From contig NIVC01001430.1 of NCBI GenBank assembly GCA_002269645.1, forward strand, positions 186,001-250,000: a stretch of DNA of 64,000 nucleotides. Direction: 5' to 3'. This document shows, in pieces, positions 51,901 through 64,000 of the stretch. The stretch is from Macrostomum lignano (Eukaryota). Each line of letters opens with the position of its first letter. The first letter of the stretch is position 1. The notes under the pieces were generated by a model, which was given only the letters and a program-made list of their open reading frames with translations, was not told the DNA's origin and did no database searches. Both the position numbers and the translations under genes were made by a program.

Positions 51901-54900
51901 GGTAATTTTATAAGACTATGAATAAATGAATATTGATAGAGCTATAGCAGATGAACAAGATGAAAGATGAACACTTGGTCTCTCTACTATCAAAAGCAAT
52001 AACAACTTCTGTGCTGAAAAATGAAAGGCTCCTATCTCTTTAATGTAACATTTCCTTGCATAATCCTTAAGTAATCCTCTACTTGTATAGGTTTTGTGTA
52101 TATTGCAGCTAATAAATTTTTAATCAAACCATACTCATGGTTACGCCATACACTATAAATTTCTAATGTACTTTTGGAACAATTGGTGCATACTTGCTAC
52201 ACAATTTTTGGTGATCTTTTGGACTAGTAAATTCTTTTGTATGCACTTAGTGTAGATAGGCTAATGGTATACTTATGAGACTGCACTATTGAACCTTTGC
52301 AAATGTTGTATTTTGTATCTAAATTAAGTCTAGAAGATTTAGAACTAGCACATTTGTTTTTTACTGACTTTTCTAGATACTGTTTTACCATATACATGCG
52401 CAACCTTGGGAATCACTTGGCCATTTCTATTGGCAACACACACATGTAAGTCGCTATTTTATCAATTTTATATATTTATAAGCTTTAAGCTTTTTTAACT
52501 TTTTAAAAAACTATACTTCTTGTTTTTTGTCTAACTTTAAAATAACTTAAAGAATTATATTTGTGTTGTGTTTTATATATACAAACAAAAACAAAAACTT
52601 GTGCAGTTGTTAAAATTTCAAATTGTTACCTTGTAAAAAACATGGAAATCAGTTTTGCATTAAATAGTTATCAAATTTTATAATTATAATACATGGACAA
52701 CTATTGTAACTAATATTGATAACATATTTTTTCTTTTTGTACATGTCATATACCAAAATATAAAATATGTACACCAAAAGCCTTGAACATCACACCAACA
52801 TGTATGCCAAATTTTATTAGTATAGTAGTGTACCTTGGAAATTTTTGGCATATATGCCTTTTTCTAGACTATGGGCCTCTGCCCTCTAGCTCTTATCAAT
52901 TTCTCTATTTATTACTCTATCTACTACTCCATCTATTACTTTATCCATTGCTAATTTTACTAATCATCTATTGTTCTATCTGTCATTTTAGCTAATGCTC
53001 CATTTACTTATTTATAAACTTACTCTATGTTGTGCTCAGAGGTAGTATATTATAGAAAACAAATTGGAAGCTTCCAAATTTTATTCAATATCAAATTTAC
53101 ATTTAATATATATCTAGTTATGGCTATCTTATGCTATTAAATGTTTGTTATTAAAACATTTTTGCTTGAATTCAGTTCTTTTCCAATTTTAGATTCCAAA
53201 ATTAAAAATATAAAACAAGTGAACAAATTAATAGCTAAATATATACTGGCAGCAAAGTTGTTTGTTATAGTGAATTGCCACTTTAAATCTAGCCATACTT
53301 CCATAAGTGGCATAATTCAACTTGAAGCCATTGGTTATCTAGCTATCCAAAGAGCCATATTGCTAAAAACAATCCTTTGCAATATTGAAGTTAATTTCAA
53401 ATTTATGAAAATAAATTAATTTTTTAAATAATATACTTAAAAATTTTTACAGTTATTAGTAAAAAATATACCCAAAAATTTGTATATATAACGATTTTAT
53501 TTTACTATTTTTTGTTTTTTTAAATATAGCCATTATAGGTTTTGTTATTTTGCAACAATTTTGCCATTCTATTATAGTAAATCTAAAAAATGTGTGGACA
53601 CCCTGCCAGGTACACAGCCATGCAAGCTAATTTTATCAAAGGTGCACGTCTAGGGGAATGAGTTAGATGAGGGGCACAAACATCAGAAAAAGCAGGCAAA
53701 TTTCACATGTTTAGAGACTATAGATTCTGTCCTGATTGAGTTACAATTACAAAGTTGAAAATTTATATTTAGATAGAAGAGTGAGTCAATAAAGACATGT
53801 TTTAAGTTTGAAGTCAATTGCTTTATGTGGATCAAACTTATAGCAGCCAAAAGTTAGTCAATTTTAAAACCCCTTTTACACATTTGGTCAGATAAAGGAA
53901 AGAGAGAGGCAGAGGTTGGGGTGCTTAATTTGTCTCTGACAAAAGGCAGACTAAATTTAAAAGTGCATAGCACCATCTTGGGGTTGATGAAAAAAGGCTT
54001 GTTTTGCACTCATTGCATTTGAGGCCAGCTTTATAACCTCCCTTTTTTGATTGATTGTCTATTAGACTGGTTGGTAAAAGATAAAATTCAATCAACACCA
54101 CAAATGCGAGCCCACCACATGTAGGATCATAAAACTTGTAGGCTTTATTGTGAATGTACATTTTGCCAGCAAACTTTGTTTAGCAAACTTTGGCCAACAA
54201 ACTTCAGCAAGCAAACTTTAGCTAGCAAACTGTGGCTTTATCTGTTCTATATTCTAATGGCTAGGCCTATGGATCCAGCAGTCTTTAGCAGGCAGTTATC
54301 TATTAATGAAGTCTTAGAACATTAGAAGTATCTTGTTTTGAATCTCATCTCATTGTTTCGTTTTGATCTTATCTTAACAAAATCTCAATATCAACCACCC
54401 ATTAAAAAAGTAAAATGTTTCTACTCTAGGGCCTATTACCCATAAATTACATTATTGGAATATCACTGCCAGATCTATAGCCCTTAGAAAATGGGTTCTA
54501 GTGCCAGAATTCTAGACATTGCCTTGAATGATAGAATAGTATAAATAGGCATAGGGCCTACTAGACACAAATTAGGCTTAGGCCTAGGCTAGGCCTAATC
54601 TTGGATCTTAATTATCTCCATAGTCCAGATCATGCTAGGTGCATGCCCGAACAAAAATTGAATAATTACAAATGCACGCCAAAAAAATTAGTGCACACCC
54701 ATTCTAAAAAATATGCCGGTGTTGCGACATAAATGACCTTTTTTACATTGTGACAATAAAAGACATTTTTTAATTGCGCAATAAACCCTTATTATTAGAT
54801 AATTTTGTTGCTTTTAAAGCTTTTTTGGGGATACTATTTATAGTGGAAAGTTTATACATGCAAAGTTTTTTTTAATACTTTTTTACAAGCTAGAAAAACT

Positions 54901-56160
54901 AGAAAGCTTGAAATTTGTGCCTGAAAATGAACTTTTTCATCTTTTTTCTATTTTACAATAGGCCTAACTCTTATTTACGTATGATTCTATAAAATGCATG
55001 CCAGGTGTGCACGCATACTTTTTCAATGCACGCCCGAATTTTCGGGCATATACTACATGATCTGGAGTGTAGAATTATCTTGAAAGTAGGCCTATACCAG
55101 GATGGAATTCTTGTATTTTTTAAGTCAAATGGAATTATGCAATTTTTTTATGGCATGCAAAATATATTTTATTGGTCGCATTTTTTATTTCGGTACTTAG
55201 CACGTCGCAAAATAACAAAATAATGAAATAACGAAAGACAATAACAAAAAATGCATTCTAAAAAAATGTAGTGATTTGAATTTTCGTCCAAATATGTATG
55301 TTAAAGAATGTTACGAGTTTCTACTTTTTATAGAATTTTTTTGAATTTTTACTTTTGTGCCTTATTTAGTTTTTACTTTTTATTCTTTTTTTCTTCGTGA
55401 TCTTAGCTAGTAGGATTATCTTTTGCAAAATCCAATATCTCAAGCCCACTTTTGCATATATTAAGAATTAGCAATTTTGTCTGAAATTCTGCGACACATT
55501 TTTTCCGGATTTTTTGATGCAAAATTGCATTTTTTCTCGCAATCGCATAACGCGTTGTGATTTTTCTGCAAGAATTCCATCCAGGGGCCTATAGATCTCA
55601 AAAATCTCAAAAATTTGACATTGTCAGAGGCAATGTGGCTAGAGTTCCGGCACTAGAACCCATTTTCTAATGCCTATTGATCTGGCAGTGGTATGTATTC
55701 CAGTAGTGCAATTTATAGGTATAATATAGCAGAAACATTTTGCTTTTTAACAGGAGGTTGATATTGAGATTTTGTTCAAGATAAGATCAAAATGAAACGA
55801 TGAGATTCAAATCAAGATACTTCTAATGTTTAAGATTACATTAGTAGAATACTGCCTGCAGAAGACTGCCGGATCAATAGCCATTAGTAAACGGGTTCTG
55901 GTGCTGGAACCCTAGCCATTACCATTGACATTGTCAGAACCCTAGCACAGATTGTCCATCATATTTTTCGGCACACGCTGTGCCCCTTTTCAGACTATGG
56001 GATATAACTACTCAACTAGGTCTAGACCATTTGACATAGGCTTAATTAACACTTCCAGGCACCAATAAACATAATAACACTAAACAAAAACAAACAGAAC
56101 AGTGAATCTGCCTGATTCTACATTTAATGACAGAAACGTTTGTAGCAAAACACTTACCAT
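45924..56160 (-). CDS. STAG1: Cohesin subunit SA / stromalin (STAG1/2-like, spliced)
   Basis: Exons 56160-56158 (ATG|gtaagt), 51727-50159, 49660-49016, 48298-47729, 46601-45924, all phase 0. Hallmark STAG peptides: FDEDSGEYPLIMTGPVWRKF, DSQVRAFRHTSTLAA, FIHRYRD..AEIRTICIQEIGQW, LKYVGWTLYDR, IEELHNRR..LACFAKL, YIRFYNDFGDIMK, PPHNLAFFDVLAEFSNKLL. Paralog number is not assignable. Confidence 0.97.
46640..47620. repeat. 34-bp minisatellite (ggagtgaaatggcacttccggtatccgaaatcca)
   Basis: Period 34; STAG intron. Confidence 0.95.
48500..48860. repeat. 21-bp minisatellite (gatctatctgtagatattctt)
   Basis: Period 21; STAG intron. Confidence 0.93.
49870..50120. repeat. ~40-bp degenerate minisatellite
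   Basis: aatcccc..tttgacacc..aattgtaaaa units; STAG intron. Confidence 0.85.
54254..55887. mobile_element. Element with ~275-bp imperfect TIRs in STAG intron 1
   Basis: 54254-54530 is the reverse complement of ~55625-55887. Another partial copy of the arm lies at ~3296-3425. Confidence 0.8.
54618..55072. mobile_element. Nested MITE with 8-bp TSD
   Basis: Ends CCATAGTCCAGATCATG / CATGATCTGGAGTGTAG; TSD AATTATCT at 54610-54617 and 55073-55080. Confidence 0.75.
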
Positions 56161-58852
56161 GCGTAGAATAAAATTTGCTGTCTAACTACAATTACGATAC
56201 GCTTCACTCCCCTACTTGTTTCTGGTATCGTTAAACATTCGAAAAGTACGAGGTGGCTGTGTGTGTGTGAAGTTCTCAGAATTTAGTTCGGGGCTTTATT
56301 TTTGCAAATTGAATATTTCTTACGCTTTAAAAAATTCATTGCGTAAAACAAAACCTGCATTAGGTTTTAACAAAAGCTGTTCATTATAATAAAGAATGAT
56401 TAGGTCTACGTGATAAAACTGCTGTTTTAAAATTATATATTACAGCAAAATATTTTTTAAAAAGAAGTGTTCATTTTAGAGCCTATTTTATCCATTCAGT
56501 AAAAAACGGCTTGATGCGTTTTACGTACCGTTTGACTAAACTAAAGTTACAGGTCAGGTTGATTGTATAAGTATTGTAGAAACTGATTCAGATCCGTTGA
56601 CCAGCACTAGATGTAACGACTTGGCAAGAAAGTAGTAAAAGTAGATCTGTGATTGAATAAAGAATAACATACATATAACTCGTAACTACTAGTCACAGCT
56701 GTAACCTGTAAAGAATAAGAAGAGGATATAAATATGAAAACTCAAGTGCGATTTAAAAAATGCGTCCTTCATCAATTTTGATCACTTTATGCCTTTACCA
56801 TAATTCTCCACGCTTTGAAAACTAAACCCGGACTACATGTAAATATATCAGGTGCGGATCCATGCAGAAGTATACATGTATATGTATGTAATGTATGTAA
56901 CACGATAATGTTTTTTCCATATAAAAAATAAATAAATTCTAACGGGGGGCGCACCTTGTGCGTTTTCTAAATCTACCATCCATGGTAAATGTATATGTAC
57001 ACACAGTACAATTAATCAAACAATAATCCTGAATTTAATAAATCAGCGTTATTATGGTGACATAAAAAATTATGAATATACTACAGTATATGTGTGCTAG
57101 CTATATAATATTTAATGCTTAGAAACTGTGGAAATGGGTACATTTCAATATTCAACAACTGACGATGGCCATCTTGCTAATAAACTAAAATCCAAAATAC
57201 GTGCATGTGCACTAAAATTTACTCACACTCTTGACAGTGGTAGCGCAATCAGAAATTTGTTGAGGGTGCGAATTCTGGAGGGTAAAGACCGAAGGGGGTG
57301 GAGGGGGTGCGCGGCTCTGTATTTTGGCGACCGCTGGCCCTCCTTTGATTTTTTTCTGGTTTCCGCCTAAAGGGGGAGCGCGCGTGACCGCGCGCCCCCG
57401 TGCCCCGCCTCCACCACCCCCCCGCCCGGTTGCGCCACTGTTAACATTTAATGAAGATCTCTGAACTTTATACCGTTCAAAAAATCAAAAAGTATCTTTC
57501 TTCAAGACGTTTACACCTGAACATGTGTAGGCATACTTACGAAAGTTCTTATGCTTCGAAGTAGTGATGAACATTAAATGACTCATTAAGTGATTGCAAA
57601 GTCAAATCGAAGCGCGGCTGCATGCAAATTCATTTCAATCTTTCGATGGTCGGTTAAAAAGACACTCGGAAGATAGTATGTATAGTAAACAAGAAAAAAT
57701 GTGTACTTTTATTTAAAGACAATAATTATCGTAGACAAACATTTCAACCTCTCTTAAACAAAAAAGTTTTCACAGAGACATTAAAATTTCTGAGCACCAT
57801 AAACGTTACCATACGACATACATACTAATGAAAGTAGAATATGGAAGGGAAATGTCACGCTGCATCTTTTTTAGACTTTTCATTAATACATTCGAATGAT
57901 CGCATGATGGGTTTCTATTCTAATATAATTTACAAAGCTGTCGGCCTGTCACTGTAAAGCAAAAGTGCAAATCGGATTGATGGGTGTTGTGGTTTTTCGG
58001 AATGAAATTGAAGGTAAGGATGATTGTGTTAGTAAATTTTATGAATAAAAACTGTTTACTAATAGTGTGCGCAAGTTGAGCGAGAAGTTATATATAGATA
58101 CTGAATAAAAAATTGAGTAATATTTGTCATGGAAGGCTGATAAGCATACGCATGTACTCCAGGATCATGGCTAATGCATTTTTGGCTAAGAGATCTCAAT
58201 CACAGCTTACATTAATAAAGAACCAATGTATGAGTTAGAAAATGAAAAAATGAAAAAATTACAACGGAATATATCAAGTAGTTAGTTTGAACGACAATAT
58301 CAGCATACTGCTATAGTGGTCTTTGGTTTGGCCATAGACAAATTTTATTCTTTCCTCCATGGAAACATCTCTAAAAGTTTTCTTTTAATTTAACTCGGTA
58401 GACCATAGATCTACCATAGATAGACCACTTTGTATTGCAGCAATAGGGAAAGTGGCAATAGGAAAAAAAGCCGACATGGGTTGCTTATAAATTTGAGTTC
58501 AGTAGCTTAGGGACATAGACGCTATCTTTTGAGAATTTGATGAACTACTTATGAACTAAATAAAAAAGCTACTCAATGAAACTAAGAATGATGCATGCAC
58601 TGCAGAGACTACTGACGAAATTGAGTTCAGTAGTTGATTGTTGCGCTGCCCGCGAGTTGCAGAATTTTTCACATTGGCTTCTATGGCCAGTTAAGTGGTT
58701 TATAATGAGTGGCCTATCTTGTGGCCCAGCCAACCTATACTCACACGCTTGAACCAAAATGACATCTGCGCATAAATAAACAGTCTGCTTGTTCTCTCAA
58801 GTAGTTAATTATACGCCCGTAACGAGCTTCTACGTTTTTTCTATTCGATTGA

Positions 58853-61800
58853 TCAGTCGCTCAGAGCCGTTTGCAGCTGAGCCCAGGTCCTGATGTGCAG
58901 CAACTCAGCCCACAGCACCAGCCTCGTTGGCGATGAGCCGAGCTTCTGTCCGAAAGTCAGCAGCACGTGAGGTCGCACGGAGTCGACATTGGAGGCTGCT
59001 GACGATGCCGAAGCGGCCGAGAGTCGAGCTGCGGCTCGATGACGCCGTTGGCTTTGCTGCTGTTGCTTATTGAAAGCCGTCTCCGTCAAGAAGGCATTGG
59101 CGCTGAATATCTGCTGCTGCTGCAGCCGCGACAGCTCCTGAGGCTTGGCGCTGTACTCGCCGCCAACGCACTCGTAGGCGAACACTCTGGTGTGGCACCT
59201 TTGGAGAGCGGGGCTTTTTGATAGCAGTAGTATTTTTCAGCTCTTACCGATGCGTTTGCATGGATAGTTTGTTGAATTTCAGATCCGCAGCCAGAGAGGA
59301 GGAGGCAAGCATGTCTCATGCCTCTGTAACAGATACGTACGCAGGCACGAACTCACACAAGGTGTACAGACAGTGGCCCTGACTTTCTTGTTGTCAGGTA
59401 TGTACATGTACACACATAGGGCCTTGAGGATTGGCCCGCATAGCAAGAGCAAGGACTATACTCAACTAGAAGGACGGGGAAAACCTCGTTTCTTAGAAAA
59501 TTTTAGGAGACAGCTATAGGTTTTCCCGAAAAAATACACTACGGAGATAGAAAGCTTTTGATATTTCTTGCCTTTCTTATAGCTTCAGAAAGTAAGGATT
59601 CTATATTGATTTTTTATTCTACGTACAATTGCACGTGTCCTGCGCCTAGAAACCATTAAAATTCGGCATGGCTCAGCTAGTTTGTCTTATGAATCTATTT
59701 TTGTCATTCTTATAGCTGACAGCTGTGTAGCAATACGCGTACCATGCCCAACGAAAATTATAGCTATGAGGAGAGCGCCCGAGTCGGACTGCAAATCAAC
59801 GCATGCCAGACGGAGGTGCAGCACGTGGGCACCGATGCAGCACCAATCCTGACCCTACCAGATGGGCAAGTCATTTCAGTCTGCAGAGACTTCCGGTACC
59901 TGGACTCCCTCGTGATGAGCCCTGACTCCATCATCGCTGACCGGAGGTCACAGGCCTGGCGTGCGGCTCATCTCCTCAGGGAGGTCTTCAGCTCAGCTGC
60001 CAACGACGACCTGAAGGTGCGCCTGTTCCGCGCTGCCGTAGAGCCAATCTTCCTGCACGGACTGGAGGCAATGCCAATGACCGACTCGAGGTCCCGAGCC
60101 CTGGACGCTGCCTACCGATCGCTGCTGCGGTTCGCCCTTGGCATCCATTACCCAGAGCGGCTGCCGACGGACCTGCTGATGGCGAGAGCTTGCGTGCCTC
60201 AGCTCAGTGCCACCCTCCAGCGGCGCCGGCTAATGCTCGTCGGCCACTGCCTCCGCAGCTACGACAGAGGGGAGCAAAACCCGCTGGCGCTCACCCTGCT
60301 GCATCAGCCAACCGAGCGTCTCCGACGGGGCCAAGGCCGCGGACCGCCACGCCAGAGTCTGACCTACAAGCCATTAACCTGACCCCAAAATCTGTCACAA
60401 ACTCAATCACAGTCACAGTCACTCAGTCACAAACAAAAAATCAATATAGAATCCTAATAAGAGCTACATAAGATGAACTTTGGGTCTGCCTCCTATCAAA
60501 AGCAATAACAAATTTTGTATTGAAAACATGCAAACTTCCAATTTCCGTAGTTTGTAGTTTTTCGGAAAAAACCTGCCTCCTAAAATTTTCCAAGAAACGA
60601 AGCTTCACGTCCTTCTACTTGAGTAGTCAGTCCTTGAGCAAGAGCCGTATCTGCAGAGTGATGTACACCATGATCTGACGATTAGAAAGGCTGAGCCTCT
60701 GTACTCATGTATGAGTGTGTCTGCGAGAGGAATGACTGTGGGTCTGACCTTCAATGATATTTAAAAAGATCTACAGTTTAAAAGTGGACGTAAATCTCTT
60801 GTCAGGCTCTTGTAACTTTCTAGCATGTTAAAATGACTGAAAAACGCATTTATTCTACTGTTAGTAGCAATAATCAAAAGCTTTGCCGCTGTAACTCACT
60901 TTCGATTAGCTTCAATGATAAAATCGCCGTTAGATTGATAAACTCGAAGCTGCAGACCCCCGCTGAGAAAGACGAGCACGTCAGAGATGAGCCACTTGTG
61001 CTTGGCCACGGCGTCTGGGACATCGACCGACACCAACTCTGGTTGCTGCACTGCTCCCGGCTCCGTCTGGGTGTCCCCTGTCTGCTCCGGCTCGGCACAC
61101 CTGAGGATCGAAGCGCAAAGTATCACCGCTTGCAAATATTTTTTTACTTTTCAAGTTAGATGTAGACCCGTATGTAGGAGCTCAGTAATGCATGTATTAT
61201 TCTCTTAATCGAACAATGCATGGGAATATCCTGCGATAGGTCCTGATATTGATTTTTGCAGGGTCAAGTGAATTTGAGTGTCTACCCCGCTGCTCAACGT
61301 GTCTACTACTCCCACACTTGAGAAGTTAATCGGAGCATATGTGCATGTAATGTGACGATGTTTGAAAACTTTGAAAATCGCATTTCATGCACTCATACAC
61401 ACGCTCACTCAGGGTGTACAGCGCCCCCTGACTTTCTTGATCGTCAGGAATGTACCCGTGCCCCGGGTCTATAATTTGACACGGAACAGTGAACTCACCC
61501 AACCACAAATCCCTGCTCTTCCCCTAGCAGCTGGCCGCATTGAATGCAGGCCCCAGCAGGATTCGTGATGAGCTGATGGAACAGCCGGTGTTTCATGTGG
61601 TGAAACACCAGCAGGAATGCCCCACCGCTGGGACTGGCCGGATCCAACAGCCAAGCACTCTCATCGGTGCTCAGCGTTGGACAAGCGTCGGGAAATCCGC
61701 CGATTGCTCTGGCCAGCTCTTCGCCGAGCTGAAGTAGCCGACGGTGTCGCAGTTGGGCCATCAGATTCTGTTGACGGTGCAGCTCAACCTGCCGTTGACG

Positions 61801-63353
61801 TTCCTGGCGTTGAAGTAGTTTGTCGCGCTGTAGCTTCGAGTATTCCTCGTCGCTAGGCGTTAAGTTTACCAGTTGAAATCTGCGCTGCCCGTTTCTCGGC
61901 TTTCGGTCGACGACTTTGATGAGGCTGCAGTGAGGAGAGGATATTCTGGATGATGTCTATTCTCAGCTCTGACTCTAGATGATGTCTATTCTCAGCTCTG
62001 ACTCTAGATGATGTCTATTCTCAGCTCTGACTCTGGATGATGTCTATTCTCAGCTCTGAATCTGGATGATGTCTATTCTCAGTTCTGACTCTAGATTCTG
62101 TCTATTCTAAGCTCTGAATCTGAATGATGTCTATTCTCAGCTCTGACTCTGGATGATGTCTATTCTCATCCCTCACTCTAGATGATGTCTATTCTCAACT
62201 CTGACTCTGGATGATGTCTATTCTCATCCCTAACTCTAGATGATGTCTATTCTCAGCTCTGACTCTGGATGATGTCTATTCTCATCCCTCACTCTAGATG
62301 ATGTCTATTCTCATCCCTCACTCTAGATGATGTCTATTCTCAGCTCTGACTCTGGATGATGTCTATTCTCATCCCTCACTCTAGATGATGTCTATTCTCA
62401 ACTCTGACTCTGGATGATGTCTATTCTCATCCCTAACTCTAGATGATGTCTATTCTCAGCTCTGACTCTGGATGATGTCTATTCTCATCCCTAACTCTAG
62501 ATGATGTCTATTCTCATCCCTCACTCTGGATGATGTCTATTCTCATCCCTCACTCTAGATGATGTCTATTCTCAGCTCTGACTCTGGATGATGTCTATTC
62601 TCAGCCCTGACTCTAGATGATGTCTATTCTCATCCCTCACTCTAGATGATGTCTATTCTCAGCTCTGACTCTGGATGATGTCTATTCTCAGCTCTGACTC
62701 TGGATGATGTCTATTCTCATCCCTCACTCTAGATGATGTCTATTCTCAGCTCTGAATCTGGATGCTGTCTATTCTCAGCTCTGACTCTGGATGATGTCTA
62801 TTCTCATCCCTGACTCTAGATTATGTCTATTCTTATCTGTGACTCTGGATGATATCTATTCTCATCCCTGACTTTGGATGATGTCTATTCTTATCTGTGA
62901 CTCTGGATGGTGCCTACCCTTATCTGTGACTCCTAGTAAGCCTAAATGGATGGGATGGTTATTGTAGATTCTCACGGGCTCTTATTGATAGCGCAGCGAA
63001 GTCGAGCCTTGCAGGCCGTCCAGTCCGAGCAAATGCCTGCGTTGCCAGTAGCCTTGTTCCTATTGCTGTATCTCTCCCAATCGAGAAACACCTGAATTTC
63101 AAATGAATCAAGACCATAGTTTTACATTAATCTATAGCAACTTTATGGACAAAAATAGTAAAATTAGAAGTTGTAAGTAAATTCCAAACCTTACCTCGAA
63201 CTCCTCCGGATTCCAAGAGCTGCTATTGTGGTGCATCCAGGACATGGTGAAAATGCCAGCACTCTTGTCTACCCAGGCCAATCTTTGGAATCGGCCTTCA
63301 TTAAGTCTGGTTTTAAGCCAGGTAGTCAGCATGTGCTTTGCTTTTGGAGCCAT
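58853..63353 (-). CDS. IRF: Interferon regulatory factor (IRF DNA-binding domain + IAD/SMAD-FHA-like C-terminal domain, spliced)
   Basis: Exons 63353-63195, 63091-62976, 61924-61499, 61100-60900, 59198-58853, phases 0/2/2/2. DBD: LTTWLKTRLNEGRFQRLAWVDKSAGIFTMSWMHH..W..VFLDW..KARLRCAINKSP. IAD-like: DVLVFLSGGLQL..IEANRKCHTRVFAY..VLLTFGQK..LVLWAE. Confidence 0.92.
59340..60730. mobile_element. Element with ~280-bp degenerate inverted arms filling IRF intron 4
   Basis: 59340-59615 matches the reverse complement of 60435-60730 (e.g. caaggact..ctcaa.tagaaggacg..cgtttctt.gaaaattttagga, and aaaaaatcaatatagaatcct). Related arm sequence occurs at ~32800-32915, ~51935-52045 and ~61400-61460. Confidence 0.7.
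59744..60430 (+). mobile_element. 5'-truncated non-LTR retrotransposon (RTE-like) fragment: RT C-terminus plus microsatellite tail
   Basis: GLQINACQT, DFRYLDS (canonical YLGS), LKVRLFRAAVEPIFLHGLE and RRRLMLVGHCLR are typical RT thumb-region motifs of RTE/L2-type LINEs; (ACAGTC)-like tail at 60408-60430. Confidence 0.85.
61945..62930. repeat. 29-bp minisatellite (gatgatgtctattctcagctctgactcta)
   Basis: Period 29; IRF intron 2. Confidence 0.95.
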
Positions 63354-64000
63354 GCAGTATATGTTGACAATGACCAAAGATCAACAGATATGCACAATAT
63401 TACATGTTTTTGACACATGATTTAAACATTTTAACTCTAAATACATAAAAATCACACTAAAAGAGTATAACCTCTACAGCTGCTAGCAGGAAATCGAAAT
63501 TTTGATTTTAAAAAATATTCTACTGGATTATCCTATCCACTATACTAAAAATGGTTTGTCTTTTCTAGGTAAATAGGTAGGTATGTGATTGATTATTTAA
63601 TAATTACAACAAGAATTCATTTCATTTAGCCTAGCCTCAGTGCATGGCTTAGTGTGTTAATGAATATGGTTATTCTATTCCATATTTAAAACCTGTTAAT
63701 GACAAAACTAGAACTTTTCCCATATCAAAATAGTAGCTAATAATTGTTTTAGCATAAAATTACATGGGTCTACTTTTGAACAAAATCAATGCTATATGTC
63801 CCACGTAACTGATGTAAAACTACGTAGATTTAAGACAATGTATAAAGTTCATACAAAAAAATATGACTCTTTTCATACAGAAAATAACTAGTTGTTGTTG
63901 CTGCTTAGCAACAAATAACTAGTTCGAGCTATAGCTATTAAGATTTGTCTTTGAATGAGTTTTAACCAAAAAGTAGAAAAAGAATGAAACAACTTTTTTT

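Noticed and set aside
57235-57440. GC-rich island with CAGTGG..CCACTG ends as a hAT MITE
   Set aside because: The TIR is short and imperfect and no TSD was found; too weak to list as a feature.
58569-58757. 62-aa ORF downstream of the IRF stop
   Set aside because: No recognisable motif or splice support; likely 3' UTR.
61424-61450. CUGACGA-UCAA-GAAA-GUC on the minus strand as a third hammerhead
   Set aside because: There is no stem II or III and stem I mismatches; it is simply the CCTGAC..GTCAGG hairpin of a repeat arm.
61326-61508. ORF WLGEFTVP..ICSD as an IRF exon
   Set aside because: A strong donor (GG|gtgagt at 61499) precedes it, the 61499-61100 junction is in phase, and the segment contains a dispersed-repeat motif.

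Overview
Eukaryotic (metazoan) genomic window, not prokaryotic. GC-rich exons are separated by GT-AG introns, and almost every internal intron holds its own mini- or microsatellite. This style resembles a macrostomid flatworm such as Macrostomum (inference only). Five spliced genes can be reconstructed by hand with consistent splice phases: NUP188-like (+, ~6.3-21.2 kb, 5' end unresolved), then four co-oriented minus-strand genes: INPP4-like PI(3,4)P2 4-phosphatase with N-terminal PH+C2 domains (22.1-32.3 kb), GTF3C4/TFIIIC90-like (33.7-39.9 kb), cohesin STAG/SA (45.9-56.2 kb, with ATG as the only codon in its first coding exon) and a full-length IRF with DNA-binding and IAD domains (58.9-63.4 kb). 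Most long ORFs in the supplied track are read-throughs of tandem repeats. Non-coding highlights are two minimal type-I hammerhead ribozymes of the Penelope-like kind on the minus strand, MITEs with 8-bp TSDs, a 5'-truncated RTE-like RT fragment inside an inverted-repeat element, a 491-bp insertion with ~70-bp flanking direct repeats and two diverged copies of a structured unit, a tandem array of RFX X-box motifs, a cluster of kappaB-like sites, and strong TAGGCCTA enrichment in 5' AT-rich regions. No CRISPR, rRNA or tRNA was supported.
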